A stretch of 64,000 bases of DNA from an uncultured Acidimicrobiaceae bacterium. GTDB taxonomy: Bacteria > Actinomycetota > Acidimicrobiia > Acidimicrobiales > RAAP-2. Under the pieces are notes generated by a model, which saw only the letters and a list, made by a program, of their open reading frames with translations, did no database searches and had not been told where the DNA came from. This document shows, piece after piece, positions 36,279 to 45,188 of this stretch. Position numbers and translations under genes: made by a program. How positions within the stretch are numbered: position 1 is the stretch's first letter; each line of letters starts with the position of its first letter. Location: NCBI GenBank assembly GCA_963729275.1, contig CAVSNH010000014.1, forward strand, positions 1,980-65,979, written 5' to 3'.

Positions 36279-36377
36279 CCCACCGCCCATCTTCGAGGGT
36301 GCGGCCGAGGGTGGGTTGGCCCTGGTCGTCACCCGGGTCCCACGTCGTCTCCGCAGATCTATAAGCTGACTCTGCTG

Positions 36378-36542
36378 ATGACGAGCGACGCCCACAATGA
36401 CAGGGACACGGAGCGCCTAGAGCGGCGACTCGACGAGCAGGAGTTGGCGTCGTTCCCGGCCTCGGATCCCCACTCGGATTGGGCGGGTCCGCCGGAATGG
36501 ACGATCGCGGTTGAGAGGCGACGCCACTCGGGCCTCGGGTAA
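36378..36542 (+). CDS. small protein (54 aa) with ELASFPASDP motif
   Basis: Below the 60-aa threshold of the track and translated by hand: MTSDAHNDRDTERLERRLDEQELASFPASDPHSDWAGPPEWTIAVERRRHSGLG. The E-x-FPASDP motif recurs in many small bacterial proteins as I recall. Confidence 0.45.
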   Translation: MTSDAHNDRDTERLERRLDEQELASFPASDPHSDWAGPPEWTIAVERRRHSGLG

Positions 36543-36586
36543 CCGTCGAGGGGGGGGCGGGCCGGAGGGGAAGTACGTTCGCTTCG

Positions 36587-37114
36587 TCAGCCCGGGGCAT
36601 CGCCATTGAGCAGCGGAGTCCGGCAACGGCGCGTCCGGAAGACCCAATCAGTGAGTTGATCCGTTCCTCGTCTCACTTCTTGGTTGCGGCCACGATAGAC
36701 GGGAGGATCTTCGGACCGATCCACCGGCCGAAGTGCACGACTTCGGCTCTCGTGTCCGGGAGAGGTGCAGTCGGGTCCCCAGACGTTGAACGGAAAGTGG
36801 ACGCCATCCGGTGCCCGCACCGTCACACTCTCGATGGACGACGTGGACCTTCCGGCGGGCCGACCATGGCGTTGAGGTTCACGAGCGAGCTGGTCGTCGG
36901 GCTGGCTGCCGCCGCCTGGTTGACCAATCGTTTTGAGGCTGAAGAATCCGCCTCGAAGCCAGCCTGCCCCGAAGTGGTTGCCCATGATGACGAGGAGGGC
37001 GACCGCCCGGAGCCCATCCAGGGCAACGATGCGCTCCTTTCCAGTCGCAGATGGTCGTATGGAGCGATCGGGTGTCGGCGGTTCATCACGTTCCCGAAGC
37101 ACCACCGACGTCAT
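36587..37114 (-). pseudogene. acyltransferase-3 (OafA-like) gene remnant with internal deletion
   Basis: The N-terminus IVALDGLRAVALLVIMGNHFGAGWLRGGFFSL is the start of the acyltransferase_3 domain. The roughly 10 TM helices that should follow are absent. The tail VTVRAPDGVHFPFNVWGPD resembles the end of the SGNH extension. Confidence 0.45.
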
Positions 37115-37334
37115 GCCCGGCGCTGTTCGGCCAGCATGGCCCCGTGGCCGAACCGCGCATACCTCGCCATCGTTGGCAGAGAACAGAGATCCTACGAACG
37201 GGCGTGAAGACAGATGGGATTGGCGCCAACCACCCGCTCAGCAGGCCGGCCAGGTCTGGTGTGACGGCAACCTCACTGACCGCTCGACGGCCTGTCCGTC
37301 AATCCGCTATTTGAATGCCGCCCCACCAAGAGCA

Positions 37335-37829
37335 CTACTCATTTTCTGAGTGCAGCTGGCCTTCGATGCCCTGAGCCTCAATGTCGAGCCGGCGCAGGAG
37401 ACCAGGCACGATGCGTCGCTCAGCCATGCGACCGATGCCCGGCACCGCAACAATAAGCTCGCCGTCGAGGTGCCGCACCGTGCCACCTCCGGCTGCCGTG
37501 AGAACGAAATCACTGGAACCATGGAGTCGCCTGGGATCCTTCTCAGCCTCGAAGTGGACGACGCCGGAAGCCGCCGACCGGTCCACTCGTGTCTCCTGGA
37601 TCCACGCCAGACGACTCGAGCCGAGCAGGCGTTGGGCCAAGGGATCCAGCTTCCCTACATAGTTGTATCGGAGCCGCAGCATGGTGACATCTCTGCTCTC
37701 GCTGCGTTCGAGCACCTCGGGCTGGCTCAGGTCGGGAAGGGCGAGGTCGACGTAGAAGGCGGGGTCGACCATCACTCCCTCGACAGCTTCCTTCGATCCA
37801 CTGAAATGGTGCTCGCTGTGGAAGCGCAC
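37335..37829 (-). CDS. DUF2505 / SRPBCC-fold protein
   Basis: 164 aa (MRFHSEHHFSGSKEAVEGVMVDPAFYVDL...), matching the family as recalled. Confidence 0.7.
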   Translation of the reverse strand: MRFHSEHHFSGSKEAVEGVMVDPAFYVDLALPDLSQPEVLERSESRDVTMLRLRYNYVGKLDPLAQRLLGSSRLAWIQETRVDRSAASGVVHFEAEKDPRRLHGSSDFVLTAAGGGTVRHLDGELIVAVPGIGRMAERRIVPGLLRRLDIEAQGIEGQLHSENE

Positions 37830-37930
37830 CGCCAGATATTGGCACCTTTGGGTAAGCCGGTACCCTGCGATGTTGGCTGACCCAGGCGGATCCAGGGCGC
37901 CTGCACTCGGGCGCGAGTGCTCCGCGCCGG

Positions 37931-38764
37931 CTACGCCTTGCGGGCGGCCACTAGCCAGTAGGCGCCGCCCAGCACGACACCCTTGACCGTGGCGTACGGT
38001 CGCAGCGCTTCGAGGGCGGCCTCGGTACCGGCCTGCACGACCTCGGGGTCCTTGCCCACCACCAGCCGGCGCCCCATCTCGTCAGAGAGCATGAAGGCGA
38101 CGACGTCCTCGGGATCGCGTCCCATTTGCATCTCGTCCTTGTGCTCCTCGACGGTGACCTCCGACCACCCTGCGGACTCAAGCAGGCCCCTGGTCCGCTG
38201 GGCGTCGGCCAAGGAGAAGGGTCCGGGGGCGCCAGGTTGGGGCAGCTCGGGGATCCCCACGTGGGCCACTATGGCCATAGCCGGCACCGCGATCCACTCG
38301 TTGGCGAACATCTCCTGCCAGCACACGAAGCACAGGCGACCACCCGGACGGACTGCATTTGCCAGGTTGGCGAAGGCGACCTCCGGGTCGTCGAAGAACA
38401 TGACGCCGAAGCGGCTCACGACAACGTCGAATAGTTGGTCGAAGGAGGCGGTCTGGGCGTCGCGTTGGACGAAGTCGACGTCGACCCCTTGGTCCTCGGC
38501 CCGCCGACGGGCCACCCCCAGCATGGGCGCTGAGAGGTCGAGACCGGTCACCCGCCCCCCGGGTCCTACGTTTCGGGCCGCCTCGAGGCTGATGGCACCG
38601 TTGCCGCACCCGACGTCCAGGACTCGCTCGCCCGGCTCGAGGACGGCGGCCGTCAGCAGTCGGTGGCCGAAGGGGGCGAGCATGGTGTCGAAGCGCTCGG
38701 CCTCGGTCACCCAGACATCGGCGGGGCGCCCGTTCCAGTACTCGGCCATGTCGGCGTTGGCCAT
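37931..38764 (-). CDS. class I SAM-dependent methyltransferase
   Basis: 277 aa. Motif I is RVLDVGCGNGAISLEAA and the post-I region is VTGLDLSAPML. Confidence 0.85.
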   Translation of the reverse strand: MANADMAEYWNGRPADVWVTEAERFDTMLAPFGHRLLTAAVLEPGERVLDVGCGNGAISLEAARNVGPGGRVTGLDLSAPMLGVARRRAEDQGVDVDFVQRDAQTASFDQLFDVVVSRFGVMFFDDPEVAFANLANAVRPGGRLCFVCWQEMFANEWIAVPAMAIVAHVGIPELPQPGAPGPFSLADAQRTRGLLESAGWSEVTVEEHKDEMQMGRDPEDVVAFMLSDEMGRRLVVGKDPEVVQAGTEAALEALRPYATVKGVVLGGAYWLVAARKA

Positions 38765-38950
38765 GGCCCTTTTCTAGCGCTGGTGTGTCCTCCGGTGCGG
38801 CGAAGGTCAACGTCTGCTGGTTCAGGAATCCGACCTGTAGGTGCCCCCGTACCTGGCGGTTCTTGGCTATTCCACAGCGCTGCTCGGTGGGTCGCGAAAG
38901 CTCAGGCGTCGGTGGCGATAGGGTTCGCCCTGTCCCGCTACCGTGGCCCA

Positions 38951-39217
38951 GTGAGCAGCCCGCGAGTGCCCGGTGGGGTGGTGCACAAACTTCCGGGAGA
39001 CCTGCGCAAGGCGCTGATCGCCAACCCCATGGCTCTCGATGCCTGGAAGGACATCACGCCCCTGGCCCGCAACGAGTTCATCTGCTGGGTCGAGGATGCC
39101 AAGCAGGAGATGACCCGAGAACGCCGCATCCGCCGGACGCAGGAGGAGCTGGAGGAAGGCCAGCGTCGGCCCTGCTGCTGGCCAGGGTGCGCACACCGCG
39201 AGCGCACCGGCAGGTAG
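38951..39217 (+). CDS. YdeI/OmpD-associated family protein
   Basis: About 88 aa from a GTG (KLPGDLRKALIANPMALDAWKDITPLARNEFICWVEDAKQEMTRERRIRR). The start is uncertain. Confidence 0.6.
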   Translation: MSSPRVPGGVVHKLPGDLRKALIANPMALDAWKDITPLARNEFICWVEDAKQEMTRERRIRRTQEELEEGQRRPCCWPGCAHRERTGR

Positions 39218-39386
39218 CAGCCGGCTGGGCGTCGCCCCTACCAGCGGAGTCAGCCCATACAGCCGACGGGTTGGGTTCACTGCCAGTGGTGGGCGGCCGA
39301 CGGTACCTGCGTCCTGGCGTTTTCACCACCACGTCAGGAATGGTGGGATTCGACCGACAGTGGGCCGACTGTTTGAGCCCGCTGTA

Positions 39387-39426
39387 GAGGTTCGGAGGTT
39401 CGGAGGTTCCGAGGTTCGGAGGTTCG
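39387..39426. repeat. octanucleotide tandem repeat (GAGGTTCG x5, one variant GAGGTTCC)
   Basis: Read directly from the sequence. It lies in the intergenic region between two convergent genes. Confidence 0.95.
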
Positions 39427-39501
39427 GTCAGAGGACGCAGACGCGCCTCCCGGCCCGCGCAGGGCGGGCCGGGAGCTGGTGGGCGGAGGGGTCAGGAAGG
39501 A

Positions 39502-40114
39502 CTACGCCGCGGCGAGGCCCTCGTGATTGTGACCGGTCAGCATCTCCTCGTCTTCGTCTGTGCGCCGTGCGTGCACCATGCCGAGGGCGACCAGGACTGC
39601 GAGCAGTCCGGCCACACCGAAGGCGGCGATGCCGCACCAGAAGGCGATCTCAGCGATCAGCCTGAAGCCGTAAGCCTCGAGTAGCAGGCCCCGGAGGGTC
39701 GTCCCCAGGAAGACCTCCTGCACCTGTGGCCTCGGCGGCCGTGTAAGCGGTAGAGCCCTTCGGAAGGACCATGGCCGCTTGGCTCATCTGGGCATAGGTC
39801 TTGCCGCCCCCGATCTCGCTCAGGTGGACGGCAATGAAGTCGTTGGCATAGGCCTCTGCCTGCTGTCCGGTCAGAAGCTGCTGGCCGGCGTACTGAGAGA
39901 CCGAGGGAGTCATCGACCTGGTGATCTCGGTCCCGTTAGGGTGAGCGAGAGCCGCCGCTGTGGGGAACGTGATCTGATGCTCGGACAATTGCGTGTGGAC
40001 GTAGTTGTTGGCAAAGCCGTAGCCCACCATCAGCAGTGAGCCGGCGACCACCAACACCACGACGGCCACCGCACCCCCTGCGCTAGCCAACTTGTCGAAC
40101 ACCTTGCGCCGCAT
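39502..40114 (-). pseudogene. two-TM membrane protein (mycobacterial LigA-annotated family) with frameshift
   Basis: ATG at 40112-40114 with an AAGGAGGG RBS (MRRKVFDKLASAGGAVAVVVLVV...). The reading frame switches near 39724, and the C-terminal part (VQEVFLGTTLRGLLLEAYGFRLIAEIAFWCGIAAF...) is ORF 39502..39723. The halves join if one base is removed. Confidence 0.6.
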
Positions 40115-40539
40115 TTGAACCCTCCTTGATCTTCGTAACCCCTCTCGATGAGGTGATCCATCTCCATGGTCCTCCTCAGAAGGAGGGGTGACATAAGGGA
40201 GAAGGTCACGTCCACTAGGGAAGAAGGTCCCGATGGGCCCGCGGCACTCCTGTGACCAGAAAGGGAAATTCCTCCCTAGTCCTCTCCCTGCCCGTCGGAG
40301 CAGTATCGAGTAATGAGCATGTACGTGGAGGTTCTCTCGGGCGCCCTGGACACCTGGGCCGCTGACGTGAGTGAGGACGACCTCCTCGACCACGTGCTCG
40401 CCTGTCTCCTCGCCCTGCCCTCCGCAACTTCTGGGTCCGGTCAAAGCGCCAATGCCCGACTCGCGGCCGAGATCGCCTGTGACCGTGCGCTGTTCAAACT
40501 GGCGGCCCACCACGGGATCGACGTGGCCGCACAGCGTTT

Positions 40540-40990
40540 CTCGCGCCCACAGGCGGAGGGGCGAGGCACTGGCCCTCGCCGCCGGGATCGCGATCGAGAA
40601 CAACTGACTCCATGATCGGGTTCGAATCATCAGTGTCCTCGATGACCGGGACCGAATCGCCCGGGACCTACACGATCGGGTGATCCAGCGGGTGTACGCG
40701 GTCGGCATGAGCTTGCACGGTGCGACGAGGCTGCCAGACCGTGAGCAAGTGATCGAGCGGATCTCGCGAGCCATCGACGACCTCGACGCCACCATCGCCG
40801 AGATACGGACGGCCATCTTCGAATTGGGTGAGTCGGCACTCCCGAAGGTCTCCGACAAGCCGTAATCCAGCTTGCCGAGGAGCTCGCCCACGCCCTGAGG
40901 CGGAACCCTGACGTCTTCAGACCGGTCTCGTCGACGAGATCGCCACGCGCACCGATCATGGATACGAGCGTGCCAGCTCTGTGACCGACC
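40540..40990 (+). pseudogene. remnant of GAF/HisKA_3 sensor histidine kinase
   Basis: A GAF-end-like ALALAAGIAIENN is followed by an in-frame TGA (40605-40607). Next comes the HisKA_3 H-box DRDRIARDLHDRVIQRVYAVGMSL...IAEIRTAIFEL. Later parts are in another frame, and there is no HATPase domain or response regulator. Confidence 0.5.
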
Positions 40991-41340
40991 CAATAGGGAG
41001 ATTCGTCCCTATCCGAAGGGAGGTGGCTCCCGTGGAACTTGGGCCACAAGCGGATTTCAATAGGTTTCCGAGATGGAAGAACCTTGTGATCAGGGAACTA
41101 GATGGACTGCCAGTGGGCGGGCTGGGACTCGAGGTGTCGGGGGAAGATCCTCGCCGACGATTACCGCCACGTGGTAGTACCGGCGATCGCTGGCGCGGGA
41201 CGTACCGGTGATGTGAGAGCCCTACTCGTCAGCCTCGCTAATAGATACGAATCCTTGACCCAAGTTGTGGTGAACGCTGCAAGCGATCGGCAACCGCCCG
41301 CGTTTCACCGCTTGGGACGATTCGCGTCGCGCCTCATCCT

Positions 41341-41715
41341 TCAGCGGCGAGCTAGGCGACGGCCGCTCTCCGTGTTGATGGGCGTGTAGTTCAGCTCGAA
41401 GTGGTGATACAAGGTTGACTCGTCAGCCTGAGAGAGTTCCTCCCCGTGCATTTCGATGTCTGGGGCAGATCGAACCTGTTCCTTGGTGACAGCCACCTGC
41501 AAATCGTCGGGACCAATTTGAATGCCGCCCAGCGGAACGAAGGTCAGGTGTCGTCCGATGATGCCTTCCTTAACCGTTGCGAACTGCGGCACGTCTGTCT
41601 CGACATCAACATAGACATCCTGCAACTTGCCGATCTTCTCCCCATTGATATCGATGAGCATCTTGTCGTGCCAATCAGCGACGTTGTATTGCGCCTGTCC
41701 TGGATCTTCACTCAC
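41341..41715 (-). CDS. PRC-barrel domain protein
   Basis: 124 aa (IDINGEKIGKLQDVYVDVETDVPQFATVKEG...LTFVPL). The gene is noticeably lower in GC. Confidence 0.8.
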   Translation of the reverse strand: MSEDPGQAQYNVADWHDKMLIDINGEKIGKLQDVYVDVETDVPQFATVKEGIIGRHLTFVPLGGIQIGPDDLQVAVTKEQVRSAPDIEMHGEELSQADESTLYHHFELNYTPINTESGRRLARR

Positions 41716-41828
41716 GTCGGCCTCCTCTCCTGATCCATGGTTGGGAGCCTAACGACTCCATTCAGTTGAGGATCCGGGGGTGACTGGCTCCCCTGTGGCC
41801 TCTATCCGCCAAACGTTCTGGAGTCGCA

Positions 41829-42386
41829 CTACCTCGTTCGCCCGACTTCCTCACCTGCCGACTTGGAAGTTCGAGCAGAAGGTAGCCGGCCGGAGACGCG
41901 ACGTTGCGGGTCAGAGTCACCCGTCTCGATAACCCCTGTCGAAGACCTTGCGGCCGTGCATGTGAAGGGCCGGGGCGATGACAAGCCGGGGTTCGTCGAC
42001 CAGGCCCTCTTCGAGCAAGATTGGGTCAGTGCGATGCTTCCGTGCACCCCGATATCACCACCAGACTGCCGCTTCAGCTCGGCGACGAACTCTGGAAGGC
42101 GGCCGTCGATGACTGTGGTGTTCGCCCAGGTCTGTCTGGGTGTCGTCGACATCGCCACGAACTTCTCGACACCATTGATGAAGCTGGCGAATGGCTCGAT
42201 GTCACTGGTCGGCCAGAAACCAGCCCACTTCTCGTAGGTCCGGTGGCCTAGGAGCACGGCGTCCTGGGTGGCGATAACGCGACCGAGGTTCTCCTGCATC
42301 GCCTCATCCCAGTCGGTGACGAACTCGGCTGGTTGCTCTACCACGCCGTCGAGCGACAACAACTCGTAGGCAACTACCTTGCGCAC
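41829..42386 (-). pseudogene. dihydrofolate-reductase-like (RibD C-terminal domain) gene with frameshifts
   Basis: GTG start with an AAGGAG RBS (VRKVVAYELLSLDGVVEQP...DIGVHGSIALTQS). The expected continuation LLEEGLVDEPRLVIAPALHMHGRKVF is in another frame from about 42020, and the last segment is in a third frame. Confidence 0.6.
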
Positions 42387-42663
42387 GGCATCATCTCCTT
42401 GTTCTGGGTGAGGCTCGAAGGTAATGACGTGCGACCATCCCAAAACTCATCGCCACCGATCGACGATCAAGGCCGACGGATTAAGTAGGCAACCGTCTCA
42501 CGTCCGGTGGAGGATAAGTGCGAGGACCTGCGACTCGAGTGGGCAGCCCACGCCCGCCTGGCGTTCTCAGGTCTTGAAGAACCGATCGGGATTGCCGGAT
42601 GCCGGATGGGGCCGCCTCCACGAACCCCGCCCCGACGTGGCGGTCGGTGACGGTTAGCGGTAG

Positions 42664-43134
42664 CTACCGAGCTCCGCCTTCAAGAGCGGAATGCATCTCC
42701 ACATTCCAATCCTCGGCGCCAAGGGTCCGAAGCTGGCGCTCAGCTATGCGCCACCCCTCGGGGAGGCGGACAACTGCATCGCGGTAGTAGCCCCACAAGC
42801 GGGGAGTACTCCCGTCTGCTCGCTGGTGCCATGCGTATACGGATGTGCGCACGTACGCGTGATCAAGGTCCTCGAATGTCACTAGGACGTTCGCATTGTG
42901 ATGGCTCGTTGCGGCAAATCCACCATCGGGATGTCCGAGCATCCGCCGGAGACCGGACTTGGATCGCACTGGTGCGAAACCAGGTCCGTAGTCGACCACA
43001 CAGTTGTCGGTGAACAGTTCGACGACCTCGTCGTAGAGCCGGTGATCGACGAAGTATGAATAGCGGTGGACGAGATCGATTATCTGGTCCTTGTCTATCA
43101 GCCGCCCAACCGCGGCTTCGGCGTCACTGTCCAT
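42664..43134 (-). CDS. SnoaL-like / NTF2-fold protein
   Basis: About 156 aa from MDSDAEAAVGRLIDKDQIIDLVHRYSYFVDHRLYDEVVELFTDNCVVDY, which is the SnoaL_4 pattern. Confidence 0.75.
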   Translation of the reverse strand: MDSDAEAAVGRLIDKDQIIDLVHRYSYFVDHRLYDEVVELFTDNCVVDYGPGFAPVRSKSGLRRMLGHPDGGFAATSHHNANVLVTFEDLDHAYVRTSVYAWHQRADGSTPRLWGYYRDAVVRLPEGWRIAERQLRTLGAEDWNVEMHSALEGGAR

Positions 43135-43184
43135 CGCTCCTCCTGGGTCTGATGCGGCACTCGTACGCACGCTGGGACAACTGC

Positions 43185-43520
43185 ATCATGCCCCCGGAGC
43201 CGTGACCGCCTGCGTCACGCGAGATACGTCGATACACCGGTGATCCGTCGGTTCACCGATCGGGACCAGTTCGCCTCCTACGAGGGCGTCGCCCCCATCG
43301 AGCCGTCCTCCGGGCCAGGACCGTCCATGGCCTCAGCCGACGAGGAAACCGGCAGCTCAACCAGCACCATCCACATGGTGGCCATCTGCCAGATTCGCCA
43401 AACCAACTCGGACGAAAAGACCCACTTCGAACGGAAGGTTGCCGAGGAGAAGACCAAGCGGGAGGCCTTTCGCTCGCTCAAGCGTCACGTGAGCAACGCC
43501 GTCGATCGCCAACTCCTTCC
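43185..43520 (+). mobile_element. IS110-family transposase, 3' fragment (frameshifted)
   Basis: IS110 C-terminal region motifs are spread over two or three frames: APGAVTA..., RRFTDRDQFASYEGVAPIEPSSG, (RRGNRQLNQ), IHMVAICQIRQ, and KREAFRSLKRHVSNAVDRQL. The N-terminal DEDD domain is absent. Confidence 0.6.
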
Positions 43521-43804
43521 GACATCCAGAAGTAGGGGTCCGAGAGAACAAGCGGGAACGGTTCGTAGCCTACGTGACCGGCTCTGCACCCTGGCGACCG
43601 GTTCTCCGGCGAGGTCACTCCGGACCCACCAAACCTTCGGCTGCCGCGCCCATCGAGGGCTGCTTGGTGCGTGGCGGCCGAAAAGCCGCAGAAATGGTCC
43701 ACTTGACTCACAGAGGATTCGGTCGAGATCGCTGGCGAGTTGCAAGCGAGCGCCGGTCGATAATGCGCCCCGAGCCGGCAGCGGTCGGAACAGGGCGCTC
43801 GGCG

Positions 43805-44656
43805 TCAGTCGTGGGCTATCCAGTTCCAGTGCTCACCGGTGTGGAGCTTTTCCCTGAAGAGGGATAGGTCGAGCGGCCCATTGCCATCCATGTCGAACAG
43901 TCTCAGTCCGATATCGTGGCAGATGGCCCGGTGGAAGTCCTCGTCCGACCAGCCGAACTGCTTGGCTCCGCCCCAACCGTGCTCTATCGTCATGATTGGT
44001 TTCGCCCGTCGGAGAGTCTCGATCGCTCCGGCAATGACCAGTCCTTCGGCCCCCTCCACGTCGATCTTGACGAAGTCAGGAAGCCAGCCGTCGGGCAGGT
44101 GATCATCTAGTCGTTCAGTGGGGACCACGATGGACTCGGAGTGGACTTCGGCTGGATAGGTGCGCTCCTCGAATCCGCTGTACCCCTCGAACCGCCGATC
44201 GGTCACATGAACAAAGGTGCTCTCGCCCTCTTTGTCCGACAGCGCAGCCTGTCGTATGTCCATCTCGGGATACTCCCGTTCCAGCTTGGCGAAGAGGTTC
44301 GGAAGTGGTTCGTATGCGATGTGCCGCCCGTTCGGGGCGATCCGGCGGAAGTCCCGGAGAAAGAGTCCCTGGTTGGCACCGACATCAAGACAGTTGGCAT
44401 TTCGCCGGAGTCCGAATGTAAGGAGCAACTTGAGATTCTTTTCGTCGCTCCGGTTCCGACGGTCGATCGGCGTACTTCGATCACCTGTCAGCAACCGGAC
44501 CAGTTGGTCCCTGGAATGTGCCGCATGCCGCCGCACTCCCAATGAGTCAGCGATCCCCTGGACTTCACGACGCATACTCGCAGTTTGCCACTGGCACCGT
44601 TTGGTGCAGCCACGACCCTCGGCGGGATTGCCAAACCCGGTGGGGGTTGTGCACAC
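43805..44656 (-). CDS. FkbM-family methyltransferase
   Basis: NCLDVGANQGLFL...IAYEPLP...KIDVEGAEGLVIAGA. The start is uncertain (M1 or M28 of the track ORF). GC is lower than in part A. Confidence 0.75.
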   Translation of the reverse strand: MCTTPTGFGNPAEGRGCTKRCQWQTASMRREVQGIADSLGVRRHAAHSRDQLVRLLTGDRSTPIDRRNRSDEKNLKLLLTFGLRRNANCLDVGANQGLFLRDFRRIAPNGRHIAYEPLPNLFAKLEREYPEMDIRQAALSDKEGESTFVHVTDRRFEGYSGFEERTYPAEVHSESIVVPTERLDDHLPDGWLPDFVKIDVEGAEGLVIAGAIETLRRAKPIMTIEHGWGGAKQFGWSDEDFHRAICHDIGLRLFDMDGNGPLDLSLFREKLHTGEHWNWIAHD

Positions 44657-44711
44657 GCCCGAACGTGCCCGGTCGGGAGGGGCAGGCGATAGTCGCAGAC
44701 AGCCAGTTCGG

Positions 44712-44898
44712 CTATAGCCCCAACGCCCTCAGCGTCCGCTCCAGCTCCTTGTTGCTCCCCCGATAGATCGCCCCTCCGGACGTACCGCTTGCTCAGAGCG
44801 CTAGTCCCCTTCTCGGCTGCCTGGACGTTCCCGAGATCCCTCGCCACCCGATAGCTCTGCGAGCGGGCCGACGAGATGGCGCGCTTGGTGGTGGTCAC
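44712..44898 (-). pseudogene. small ORF (about 62 aa) with apparent frameshift; its 3' part is repeated at 52.6 kb
   Basis: The GTG start overlaps the stop of upstream ORF 44895..45104 (GTGA). MTTTKRAISSARSQSYRVARDLGNVQAAEKGTSALSKRYVRRG is followed, in another frame, by IYRGSNKELERTLRALGL-stop (TAG at 44712-44714). Confidence 0.35.
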
Positions 44899-45003
44899 TT
44901 CAGTTTCTCGCCAACCATGTCGTCCAGCTCCTCGAGGGGCGAGGGAATGACGGCGGCTCTTGGAACCTCACTCACCAAAGGCGCCGGGGCGACCGAGAGA
45001 GCT

Positions 45004-45031
45004 GAAAGGGAGGGCCTCGGCCCTCCCTTTC
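45004..45031. other. near-perfect GC-rich inverted repeat (GAAAGGGAGGGCC / GGCCCTCCCTTTC)
   Basis: Read directly from the sequence. It lies inside the weak 69-aa ORF 44895..45104, with no U-tract on either strand. Confidence 0.8.
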
Positions 45032-45188
45032 GCGTCACTCCGCCGAGGTCCTCTGGTAATCCTTGAAGGACAACGGCCCGCTTGCAGAGATGCGAGTCAC
45101 CCACAGCCGGAGTTGTAGGGCAGCCCTCAATGCATCGGCAAGAGCCGCTGCCTAATGTTAGGGAAGCAGGCAGCGGCAGGAGAGACAG

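Noticed and set aside
39387-39426. Possible CRISPR array. Candidates were the octamer repeat, the YVTN 120-bp repeats at 59030-59640, and the two 20-nt repeats at 54375-54453.
   Set aside because: The octamer units are contiguous with no spacers. The YVTN repeats are coding and in frame. The 20-nt repeat has only two copies. No cas genes are present in the window.
41451-41470. Possible att-like repeat of the tRNA-Arg 3' half (GCAGATCGAACCTGTTCC versus GCAGGACTCGAACCTGCGAC).
   Set aside because: Only about 9 contiguous matches, and it lies inside the intact PRC-barrel coding sequence, so it is most likely chance.
44895-45104. 69-aa ORF upstream of the small repeated ORF, considered as a confident CDS.
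   Set aside because: It contains a 13-bp-arm perfect inverted repeat in its middle, has a Pro/Ser/Leu-rich composition, and no family. It is kept only as part of a finding.
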